Shown here: in pieces, positions 51,533 through 64,000 of the stretch
Layout of the letters: each line of letters opens with the position of its first letter
Numbering within the stretch: the first letter of the stretch is position 1
Assembly: GCF_009914755.1 (NCBI RefSeq)
Contig: NC_060928.1
Length of the DNA stretch: 64,000 bases
Reading direction: 5' to 3' (one strand)
From: the human T2T-CHM13v2.0 reference genome, Homo sapiens
Translations under genes and position numbers: made by a program
Notes under the pieces: generated by a model
The model's input: the letters and a program-made list of their open reading frames with translations, nothing else
What the model was told of the DNA's origin: nothing
Database searches by the model: none

Positions 51533-52278
51533 TTTTTTTTTTTTTTTGAGCAAGGTTTGCTCTGTTGCCCAGGCTGGAGTGCAGTGGTATCATCACTGCA
51601 GCCTCAATGTCCCAGGCTTAAGCAATTCTCCCACCTCAGCCTCCAAGTAACTGAGAGTACAGCTGCACACCCGCTACGTTTAGCTTACATGTATGTGTGT
51701 CTATACATAAATATATATGATATATATATATATATATTTTTAAATTTTTTTGAGAGACGGACACTCGCTATGTTGCCTAGGCTAGTCTCAAACTCCTGGT
51801 CTCAAGCAATCCTCCCACCTTGACCTCCCAAAGTTCTGGGATTACAGGTATGATGAGCTGCTGTGCCCAACTGTTTTCTTCTTAAATCTTGGAAAATAAG
51901 AAAGTTTTACTTCATGTAATGTTCATTTACAAATCAACCTAAATGATAAAGTTAAAAAGAACCAGGTAAATAAGATAGTATTTGTTTTTTTTTTTGAGAC
52001 GGAGTCTCTCTCTGTCCCTCAGGCTGGAGTTCAGTGGCTCAATCTTGGCTCACTGCAAGCTCCGCCTCCTGGGTTCATGCCACTCTCCTGCCTCAGCCTC
52101 CCTCGTAGCTGGGACTACAGGCACCTGCCACCACGCCCGGCTGATTTTTTTTGTATTTTTAGTAGAGACAGGGTTTCACCGTGTCAGCCAGGATGGCCTC
52201 GATCTCCTGACCTCATGATCCGCCCGTCTCGGCCTCCCAAAGTGCTGGGATTACAGGCGTGAGCCACCGTGCCCGGCC
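51533..52278 (-). mobile_element. AluJ (51533-51871, with (TA)n linker) and AluY (51981-52278)
   Basis: Alu matches. Confidence 0.88.
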
Positions 52279-52846
52279 AATAAGATAATATTTATAAAAG
52301 GGTTTGCTTAGTTGCAAAATCCTATGTAAATGTTATTTACTATAGGAAATTCTGTTGAAATTTATGGGCTGCTTCTCTGCAATTACAACCACAAGTAAAA
52401 TCTGTTCAATTATTGCATCTCATTAATAATCATTCCTCCAAATATCCTAAAATAAATGTCTTGCCACTAACACTGAGAATTATACTTAGGTCAAGGGAAG
52501 TAAAGCAATAATATTTATTCATGAATGAACATGAACAGTAATGAGTTAATAACATTTTCCAATAACATCTTTATGGCCCTCAATTTGCACGCATCTATGA
52601 CAAATGGTCCCTTCCTGGCCTGAATGAAAATCTAGAAAATTATTAGCATCTAGTAAGTTAAAAAATCCAAAATTTTAAAAAAACTTTTAAATAAATGTTT
52701 TTATCAATACTGAATAATCACTAGCTGAGAAAAGGCATTCTGCTCTGAGAGTTAATTTGTGCTTTAGCAACAAAAACATTATTGATCACTCCCTTAGGAC
52801 CAGAAATAAATACACAGAAATAAACAGTATATTTATGTATACTTAC

Positions 52847-53034
52847 TGATCATCTGGCAATGTTTTAGTGCCCTCTACATTTACAGTAAGGGTCTGGTTT
52901 CCTCCCAAAACTTTATGCAATGATTCTACCAACTGTTGTTGTTGGCTTCGAATCTCTGTTTCTTTTTTGTTGAAAACTAAAACCACTAGCCCATCTTCAT
53001 CTTTATTACTGGGCATGCAACTATAACCTACTGC
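52847..53034 (-). CDS. NUP54: NUP54 exon 5 AVGYSCMPSNKDEDG...TLPDD
   Basis: ccacag| and |gtaagt; 188 nt; frame consistent. Confidence 0.95.
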
Positions 53035-53402
53035 CTGTGGAATGACAAAATAAACAATATAAAAAATATGTACAGATCTTAAATCAGGTGTTTAATATTA
53101 ATAGCTTAATATCTGCTAAAATGGGAAAAACAACTTAATGTCTGGTAATTAAGGGAATAATGATTCTTCCCACCATTTTGTGCCCTAGGAGGTCACAAAA
53201 TTATAAAGAAAAACTATTTTACCCAGGAATAACATTAACCTATAGAGTAAGATTAACATTTCCTCTTTGAGAGAGTAACTAAACAGCTTTCTCCCCTAAA
53301 AAATTTTGATATTCATTATTGTTGGTTGTTTCTGAACCATCTGCATGTCATTATAAAAGTGACTGCAAAAATCACCAACTAATTATAATTTATTTCACTA
53401 TA

Positions 53403-53722
53403 CAGATTCTCAACTTATGATTTTTCCATTTTATAGGGTGTGAAAGCAATACGCATTCATATATACATACATGTAAACCATACATGGAATTCTGATCTTT
53501 TAGTTTTTATTATAAAATTATTATTATTATAAGATGGACTTGATGTTAGATTATTCTGCCCAATTGTACACTAATGTAAGTGTTCTGAGCATGTTTAAAG
53601 TAGGCTAGGCTAGGCTATGATGCTTGGTAGGTTAGGTGTATTAAATGCATTTCTGAATTACAATATTTTCAATTATGATGGGTTTATTGGGATGTAACCC
53701 ATAATAAGTTGAGGAGTATCTG
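53403..53722 (-). mobile_element. MER47A-like MITE
   Basis: Homologous to the element at 24996-25912. Confidence 0.7.
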
Positions 53723-54857
53723 TATATCTGATTCATGGAATCTTAAACTAAGTTTTAAATATATAAAGAAGTAATTTACAAATAAATACTTTTAAATCAC
53801 AGTAATGACAGTCAACTTACAAATACTATAAAGAATGTCTGTATCACTTTATTGGTTTATATAATACAAAACTTTATGAAACAGGGTTGTTGTTTTTTTA
53901 CATATTAATATGACCAATTATACTTTTCTAAATAATTGCTCTTTTAGATAGAAGCCTTTTATCCCTTTTCACCACTCACCTGCAACTTTTAAAAAAGAAT
54001 TTAAATTAACTCAAGTGTACATTATGCATTTTACCATGTTATACACCAACTTTATTGTTATATTCAACTTATGTCTATTATTGAATACCTCTTAGCGACT
54101 AAATACATGTATCAAAATTTCAACTATATGCACTCAATATACTTTTTGTTAGTGATGACACAAAGAGATGTTCTGTAATAAGACAGGCTGACCACTTTAT
54201 TCAAGGATCTGATCCTCAGCCTTACAGCTCCAAACACAGGGTTATGTACATATTGATTAGGTTTAAGAGACCAACGTAGGCCAATATAACTCCTAAGAGG
54301 CTGAGGTATAAACTGGATTGCAATACGTAATTTGTTATGGAAAATGCATTACCAAATGGACCTAAATACTCTCACTGGCTGATAAAGAGATTTTCTGAAG
54401 AGACAAATGAGAAGGTTGTTTGGTAGGCAGGGAATAAGAACACAGAAAATGGGCAATATTGTTTTAATAGCTTTGGGGTTATACATGCCAAGGGGAATTT
54501 CTGTCTGCTGGTTAGGGTATACTCTCCTGGCCAATGTTAAATGAATACCACTAAATTGTAGTTTGGTGTCTCCCCTTTACAGGTGCCAGGCAAACCATTC
54601 TCCTGTTTACATTTTTTTTCTTCAGTTATAAATCACATTCCAGTCACACCTTCCTTCATTCATATTCTGGTCACCTTCAACCACACATATGTATGAAATC
54701 ACTTCAATTTTATAATTTCTATATTTTCAAAATAAAAGTATAATCATACCATGTTCAAGGAGTAAAGATCCAAGCAATTGTTATCTTGATATTAATCTAA
54801 ATATATTTTCTGTTATACAAAATCTTCAACTGAAGATAAAAATAGTATTAATAATAC

Positions 54858-55084
54858 CTTAAATCGGCAAAAGGGATTTTCTTGTGTGAATTCCACTGGC
54901 GGAATATTATTGTTGAAATACCCTTTTCCTGTTCCCCAAAAGGCCTGCAGTTGATTCCATTTTGCCAAAATAGCATCTCTCTCATCTCCCAACAGCGTTG
55001 GAGCAGAAAGAGCACTCGCAGTATTTATCAGCTGGTTGGACTGGGTAGGAGCTTGTGTAGGCTGACTGAAGAGACCACCTAATG
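54858..55084 (-). CDS. NUP54: NUP54 exon 4 LGGLFSQP...ENPFCRFK
   Basis: ttttag| and |gtatta; 227 nt. Confidence 0.95.
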
Positions 55085-55149
55085 CTAAAAATGTACCCAA
55101 AATTAGTATTTAAAAACAAAACAAAACAAAACTTAATCCAGATCCTAGG

Positions 55150-55630
55150 CGTGGTAGGCAAAATAATGGCCCCCTCCAAGATGCCCATATCCTAATCTAC
55201 AGAACCTATAAATATGTTATCTTACATAGCAAAAGGGCCTTTGTAGATGTGATTAAATTAAGCATGCTGAGATAGAGGGTTATCCTGGATTATCAGGAGG
55301 GACTCAACGTAATCATAAGATCCTCAAAAGTGGAAGAGTGCGCTCAGAGTCAAACAGATCTGAAGATGCTATGCTGTTGGCATATGGCAAGATGGAAGAG
55401 CCGCGAGCCAAGAAATGCAGGAAGACTCTAAAAACTGGAAAATGCAAGAGAATGGATTCTCCCTTAGTGCCTCTAGAAGTAACGCAGTACTGCCAGGACC
55501 TTCATTTTAGCACAGTGAAACCCACTTCTGGACTTCTAATCTCCAGAAACTATAAAATAATAAAATTTTATTGTCTTAAGCCACTAAGTTTGTGGTAATT
55601 TGGTATGGCAGCAATAGGAAACTAACACAC
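55150..55630 (+). mobile_element. MLT1-family MaLR LTR
   Basis: gtggtaggcaaaataatggccccc...ggcagcaataggaaactaacaca. Confidence 0.8.
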
Positions 55631-55672
55631 TAGGCCAAACCTTATAACGTTAAATTTGTTTTTCTAATAATA

Positions 55673-55970
55673 TTTTTTTGAGACAGGGTCTTACTTTGTT
55701 GCCTAGACTGGAGTGCAGTGGCAAGATCATGGCTCACTGCAGCCTCAACCTTCTGGGCTCAAGCAATACCCCTGCTTCATCATCCTGAGTCGCTGGGACT
55801 ACAGGAGTGCACCAATGTGCACCTGGTTAATTTTTTAAAATTATTTTTTGTAGAGACAGGGTCTTACTATGTTTCCCATGCTGGTCTCAAAACTTCTGAG
55901 CTCAAGCGACTCTCCTGCCTCAGCTTCCCAAAGTGCTGGGATTATAGGCATGAGCAACTGTGCCCAGCCC
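55673..55970 (-). mobile_element. AluJ
   Basis: Antisense dimer. Confidence 0.85.
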
Positions 55971-58922
55971 TAATGATGTTATCCAAATTAATTCCATTAC
56001 CAGAACACAGATTGGGTCCACAATATTAAACCTACACATGAAAGAATGGAGGGAGGGAGGAAGGGATGCATGTGGATAAAAAAAAGTTTGTAAAGATGTA
56101 GGATTTTTTAAAATAACCTTTATTGCTGTTATATTTATATAATAAATACAAATTGGGGGATACAAAGTCTAAAAATCATTGTTATATCAAATACCAGCTT
56201 ACTAAACATTTTCCTTTCTCTCATTATTAAAAAATATATATAGTAATAACAAATGGATTAACCATCAGTATTCTAGGCTAAAACTTTAGATGGCTGTGTA
56301 ACTTTGGGCAAATCAACCTCTCTGGGATACCAATTTCTCTAATGGAAAGAAGGGCCAAGTTCTTAGGGCAGATAAATATGCCCCAAAGTGTGAGATAAGT
56401 ATGTCATCTTTCAACAAAGCGAGGAGCAAGTCTAAGGCTCAGAGCTTAAGGCAAAGTTATCTACCTAGAATTTATTTACACTATATTTTCTTTGTACTTA
56501 ATTTCAATTACCTTTTCCTTAGAGCAAATGATACTAATTTTCCACTTATAGCAGCAATAAATTTTACTTTAAAATAACTGTATTTCGTGTTTCAAAGTAA
56601 ACTGATTTAAAGAAAATTCTTAAATAGTAATACAAATGGTATGTAGATGAGGAGAAAACGTGAATACCAAAATGACCTGAGTTTTAAAACACTGTATTAG
56701 ATATTGTTTAAGTTCTCTTTCAGCTCTAAACATTGAAAGTACCACAAGGTCCATGGAGCTTCTACAGAGCTAGAGAGAGGCTCTTTTACTCTCCAGAAAA
56801 GTATTAATTCCCAAATTAGTATATATAAACATTGGCAAGAACTGGACTAGAACTCAGAACACTTGAATCCTGGTTTATTATAAGGTCGCTTTCTATCCTT
56901 GAGCAAGAAATTCCTGGGCTTTATCTTCCTCAACTTTTACATGAGATGAATCAACTGTGATCTCTATACCGAGACATATGCAGTCAGCCTCCCATGCTGT
57001 TGATTATTCCTTTGGCCCCCAAAGAAAATCTTCACCTTCTGTTGAATACACATCCTCCTTGAAAGCCCTTCTCCCTTAAATTTCCTGACAACACAGTCTC
57101 TCTTGGTTTTTTATAAACACATTCATTCATTCATTCACCATTAATTCATACAACAAATATTTACTGAGTACCTACTAAGTGCTCAGAGCCAAATACTAAA
57201 GATACAGTGGTAAACAAGGTAGACAAGGTGCATTAAACAAACTGAACACATCAAACAAATATTAACAATTGTGATAAGTCCTTCAGAGAAGTACAGAGGT
57301 TCTGGGAGTACTAAATAAGGGAGCTGATCAAGCCTGAGAGAGGGGTCAAGAGAAGACAGTTCCATTAGCACTTCAGTTAGGGCCTAAAGGAAGGAGTCAG
57401 CTAAGCCATGGGGTAGAGGTAAAGGCCAACAGTATGTGTAACATCTCTGTAGAGACAGAGAGAGGAAGATGAGTGGACAAAAGCAATAAGGAGGACTAAC
57501 AATGAGGTAGGAAAAAACTAGACTGGAGTGTCACAGAAGTTAAGGTCTCCCACTGGCCAAATGCAACAACTGAAACATATTTATTAAAGCCCATGCATTC
57601 AAAATGGTAATTTTATAAAGTAAAGATCAAATTTTTTTTAAATCCTAACTCCTTGGATACCATTAGAAATAATGAGACCGCCAACTCCTTTTTACAAAAA
57701 TTGTCCATTAAAAAGAAAAAAAATTATCTTGCCTTTACTATACAAACTGTACATCAGGGTGATCAAGCAGTCTTGGAGGATGAAGAAAAAGTTCCTTTTA
57801 CAGAAGAAATTTCAGTGTGATAGGGAGGAAATTAGAAAATCACCATTTTGCAACTCCTAATAAGATAACTGATTGAGGCAATGATCATCAAGGAATGAAA
57901 CCATTAGGTTAAAGTAGTAAGATAAAGATACGCTGTCACCATCTGAACCTACTGATCAATCTTAGCATCACCAAAAGTGAGATAGCCTCTCAACGTGACG
58001 TGATATGAAGCACACAGCACCACTTGCAAAATGTTCTTACCAAAAAAGCAAACGTCAAGTCCCTAAAGCAAACTTTATTTACCACAATTATGAGAGATAA
58101 AGTTAAATAATATTACAAGGAAGCAGAAGAAAAATACAGAATGGGGGGCATTTAACAAGACAACTGGAAAATTCATGAGGGAAAAAACAGAATGGGGAAT
58201 TCTCTACACTAAAAAGAACTTAAGGGACATGACAAGAAAATGAATGTGTGGTCCTTGTTTGGATCATGATTCAAACAAACCAAATAAGAAAACGCTTTTG
58301 AGACAAATAGGGAACTCTGGTTATAGATGGGGTATTAGATAGTACCAAGGAATTATTGTGGGTTGGAATGAGGTACACATTTTTAAAGAGAGAAGTATAG
58401 TAAAGTAAGCATGAAATGACACGCTTGGGATTTGCTCTCAAATACATCAGTGATTTAAAAAAAGGAAAAAGGAGATGGACAATAACAAGTTCTGACTTTT
58501 GATGACTCCAGCTGGTAGGGTTCACATCACTTCTTTTTTTCTTTGTTAGCATTTTTCATAAAGAACAGTAAGTGTTCACTGGATTTACTGAGATGATTAA
58601 TGACCTTAACTTATTTGATAAAATAAAGAAAACAGAAACCAGATTGGCGAATAGTTTGTAAAGGGGAGGAGAGTGGTAGCTGAAGTGAAATGTGGGATTA
58701 AAGTAGTTTTGTTGTTGTTGTTATTACTGTTTCAAGAAAAAATAAACTTTGAGTTACTTAAATGTGGATGAGAAGGTGAAGACTGGGGAACGGAGTACAG
58801 CTAGAATAATCAACAGCACATGCGCCCTGAAAAGGCAGGAGGTTATAAGATCCTGAGTCAGGTAAAAAGAGGAAAAGGTGGATAGAGGGAGAAAAAAAAT
58901 AGATTTGGTGGAGGGAAGTTGA

Positions 58923-59250
<328 letters not shown>

Positions 59251-61936
59251 TTTTTTGTCTTGGAAGTAGCAGTCAAGGCCATCTGCTAAAAGTAAGAACA
59301 GATAAATTTGAGATTTGAAGAGAATAAAGGTTTAAAATTACTGCTATAGAAAGCAGGAGAATAAGTTGAAAGTAGAAATTTCACAGGATTACCAGGCAAC
59401 ATTGAGACCTGAGGTTGGTGATCAAGAATTTAGAGAGGTATTATCCCCTCTTCCATAATGTGTGATCTTTCTCAAGCAATATCTACACAGACAGTTGGGC
59501 TTACAAAGGCTTGGGGTTTTTTCAGGCAAATGTGACACAAAAACAAGGAAGTTTAGCATATTGGCAAGAGATATAGAAATGGAAGGCCATGGAATCTAAG
59601 CTAGTTAGAGTAGTGAAGACAGAAAGAGCTAACAGAGCAGAAAGTATCAGTTGTCGAAAGATCCAACAGTCTTCTGAAGGATCCTCGATAATCCATGCTT
59701 TGGCTTGGAAAGGACTTCTGGCGGTTGTCACAAAGTCAAATGTGACTTTTCCCCTTGATTCACAGGTATTGCCAACTGAGATAGGAATAGCTGTGATTAG
59801 TAAAAGGGAGCTAATAAGTATGAGGAATACATGGACGGGCATCTCTATACTGAGATAGGACAAGCAGTGGTCCTAACAATGCTGCTCGCTAATTTATGGT
59901 CAAAATCCTACTTGGCTTGGGGATAGGAGATGGCAGCATTTAAGTGTTAGTGTTTCTAAGAGTTTTGTTCTAGTACTCTCCTCTTACTCTGGAATCAGGT
60001 CTCCTAAATTACATCATCCATATCTACCACTTTAAATACTACTTACGTTCTGATGGCTTTCATAAATATATACAACTACCCAAGGGACACCTCAAACTCA
60101 TTATCTACCCACAAACATCTGCTCTTGCTTTAGTATTCTGGATCTTAGTGAAGAGCAAGGGATCCTTCAGTTACGCCACCCAGAAGCCCAAGATACCTTT
60201 ATCCAGTCATTCGCTTTTATTGATTCTACAAGTTAAATCTCTCTCAAATTCACATCCTGTTTTTTCTCTCCATTCTTAACTGTCACTGCCTTAATTCAGG
60301 TCTTCACTATATCTTGCTCAGATTTTGGCAACAGCTTCACCAGATCTCTGCCTCCATTCCAACCCACCTATAATCTATCTTTGTATTTCTCTAAGAGATA
60401 CTTCTAAAAATCTGATTATTTTCCTGTCTACTTAATCCTACAACAGTTTAGAATTGCTTAAAGGACAGCTCCTTAGTAAAACATATAAGGCACGCTAATA
60501 ATCCAATTCATATCTATCTCTCCAACTCTCACTACTGACCCTGAGGTCATTTATGCATTAAAAAAACTGCACTGATCTAGTTATACTGGTCCCAAAGGCA
60601 TTATACTCTGCCATAAACCATGCCATGTTATTTCCTCTGCGTGGATACCCTAGAATCTCCTTGACTATGAGCAAGGATTGTGGTCTTCAACCTTGTACAC
60701 CCAATGCCTGACATACGATATATACAATAAATGGATATTACATAACAAAATGAGCCCCTTTCAATTTTAAAATAGCACCAGATTCAAATTCCCATTTTCC
60801 TAAAAAAACCAAATGTAACTACAGTTACTCATAGTTGGAGAGACTTTATTTCAAGAAACAAAGGAAACACTTCACTTTTGCTGTTCTTTCCTTAACTACT
60901 TAAATATTTCATCAAATTTTGTATTTTTGCAGGATTGTAGAAAAGACGAATGACTGGAATACTTGAAAGAATAATTCTGAGAATACTATTCTATTATCTT
61001 CATCCTACTGTTAGGCAATCCTTGAAATTCATGTTTAATAAGTTAATAACTAATCTTCAGTGACTGAGTAGGATGAATTTTAGCTAGTCAATCAAGTTAC
61101 TTAAAAAAATGAAACAGAAGTAATTTTAAGAGGCATCAGATTGGAAAAGTGAAAAGAGCACTAGAATGAGTAGTTGAATTTGCATCCCTGTACTTCTTCT
61201 AGAGAGGTATACAGGTAAGTCACAATCTCTCAGGTTCCTCTCTTCACCCATAAAATGGGGATAACAAAAGTATTATTTCACAGGGTTCTTGTGAGAATAA
61301 GTTAATCCATACAGAACAACCCCTGGAACCTACTGCCATACCACCTAGTAAGGATGGTTAGTAAGGAAGCCATCAAAGACTAATAACCAGACTGTCTCAA
61401 AGGGACTTGGGAGCCAACTTGAAAAGGCTTGCACTGGCCAAAGATGTAACAATTTAAGCATCAATAAGAATGGTAACTGCAATGGATTAAAAAATAGTAA
61501 CTAGTTTAAAGGCTGCAGTTTCTGACATTAAAAAAAAATTGGTCATCTTTGGAGAATGCTAGATAACCAACTCTTTATTCTGAAAACCAGTAATAAAGAG
61601 AAAGAATCAACCAAACAGATGAAGTCAAGTTTCTCCTCACAGAAGTATTTCAACAAATAAATGAATCCAGGTGGAATGGCACTATTTGTAACCCCTAATG
61701 AATTAATGGATCTAGGTAATGATCACCAATGGCTCAATGGCTGATCACTCAAAAAAAAAAGATATTATATGTCTTCTGATAAAAAATAGGCCTATAAAAT
61801 AGTCTTGCAAACAAACAACAAAACAACAAAATATATATATGTACGCCCCAGATCTAACCCAATCATCAAGAAATACAGAGAACAAAGGAATGTGTTAAAC
61901 TATACCATAGGCGTGCAATCAGAAAAGTCTTGACTA

Positions 61937-62317
<381 letters not shown>

Positions 62318-62820
62318 CTATGGAGATTTAAGACAGGCAAAACCAAATACTGTTTACATACTTGAATGACAAAATATAAAGTAAGAAAATGATCACCATA
62401 AAAGCCAAGACTGCAGGTCCTCTGATGGGGAAGCAATTGGTAGGGAAATGTGGTAGGCTTCTGAACTGGCTGGCCAGGAACCATCTCCTGACATGGGCAG
62501 TGATTACAAGGGTGTTAACCTTTGTAAACTTATATATAATTCATTAAGCTGTACTTTTGTGCAGTTTCTCTATTTGTTATTTTTAACAACAAAAATTTAA
62601 ATGGAATGATCCTAAACACAGGGACCTTATAATCCTAACTGTGCCAATCAGTGTTCTCCCCAGTTGCTATCATATTTAAACATGAAAAGTAACATTCCTA
62701 ATCCTTTGGAATATATTAATAATTCTTATAAAAAGTCCACTAAAGTATTCTGAATGCACTCAATAATGTCAGCTAGTATCATCACGGTTTTGTATTTGAA
62801 GCTGAAAACCTCATACTTAC

Positions 62821-62964
62821 TAGTTTGCTGCTGCTGCTGTGTATTAAATCCTCCAAATCCCAGTCCAGTTCCCAAACCAGTACCTAAACCAGTACTAGTT
62901 CCCGTTGTTGTGCCAAAACCAGTACCAAATCCAAAACCTTTGTTCTGAGTACCACCAAAGAGTC
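62821..62964 (-). CDS. NUP54: NUP54 exon 3 GLFGGTQNKGFGFGTG...GFGGFNTQQQQQT
   Basis: tcaaag| and |gtaagt; 144 nt; FG and GTGL repeats. Confidence 0.95.
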
Positions 62965-63061
62965 CTTTGAATGAAAAATTGGAACTTCGTAAGTTAAAAA
63001 AAAAAAAAAATCTGACCTCTACTTCATTTACTTCTATGAATGACTTAAGATGGCCTCTTAC

Positions 63062-63145
63062 CAGTAGTGCCTGTGTTAGTTGGGGCAGAAAAGCTGAATG
63101 CAGAACCTGCAGTTGTAGATGTTGTCCCAAATCCTCCAAACCCAC
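63062..63145 (-). CDS. NUP54: NUP54 exon 2 (FG region) GGFGGFGTTSTTAGSAFSFSAPTNTGTT
   Basis: attag| and |gtaag on - strand; 84 nt; FG nucleoporin sequence. Confidence 0.93.
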
Positions 63146-63708
63146 CTAATTAAAAAAGAACAAAAATAGAAAGGAAGAATCTTTTGTATATATAAAGGCA
63201 ACTTCTTTTTAAAATTATTTTATAATTGCTACATATAAAATCAAAATATATTGATCTAATTTTTCCTTTCCCTACTTTCAAGATCAATTTTTTAAAAAAC
63301 TATACTACCAATCAAGAAGTCAAAATGTTACAAGAAATGAACTAAGCATTTAAAATAGAAATATCACAATGTAATATATACCCTTCAATTAAAGGGGTGG
63401 TTAACAGTTACAGCTGAGAAAACACATTAAGCCTATTGCCATAATTCTAAAATGACTATGTATGTACTTTTAGAGGAGGTGTTGCAAATTCATATGCCTA
63501 GAAGATTTAGACTGATAACAGTAAAGAGTAAAGTAGACTATGTGTTTACTGATAGGTGGAACTGTTTAAAATGAATAGTTTTTTAGATCAGCAGTTCCTA
63601 AATTCCAGCAGATACAAGAAAGGTAGTTTAGCAGTGTCACATATTCCCATTTTTTACCCCAAGAGAAACAGGAAATCTGGATTTTCTATGTAAAATTTAT
63701 TGGTTTTT

Positions 63709-64000
<292 letters not shown>

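Noticed and set aside
62726-63145. 139-aa ORF spanning NUP54 exon 2, intron 2 and exon 3
   Set aside because: Non-ATG start at the exon boundary; out of frame in exon 2; only the exon 3 part is real coding sequence

Overview
Primate (human-like) genomic DNA with two convergent intron-containing genes. On the + strand is the 3' part of ART3 (GPI-anchored ecto-ADP-ribosyltransferase-like protein): a 712-nt ART-domain exon (490-1201), eight 30/33-nt phase-1 microexons encoding the stalk (16310-26459) and the terminal GPI-signal exon (31052-31185, AATAAA at 31433). On the - strand are NUP54 exons 2-12 (63145 to 34032, poly(A) signal near 33353). The first coding exon of each gene lies outside the window. 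The rest is rich in Alu, L1, LTR and DNA-transposon sequence, and almost all ORFs in the supplied track are artefacts. The most interesting structure is the ART3 microexon cassette array. It has a shared x-x-Lys...Pro signature, a young 195-bp exon triplication dated by an Alu, and exon starts that double as 5' splice sites. It also has three extra paralogous microexon copies (one intact, two degraded) absent from the canonical protein as I recall it. Gene and repeat-family names come from recall, not database searches; repeat boundaries are approximate unless TSDs are quoted.
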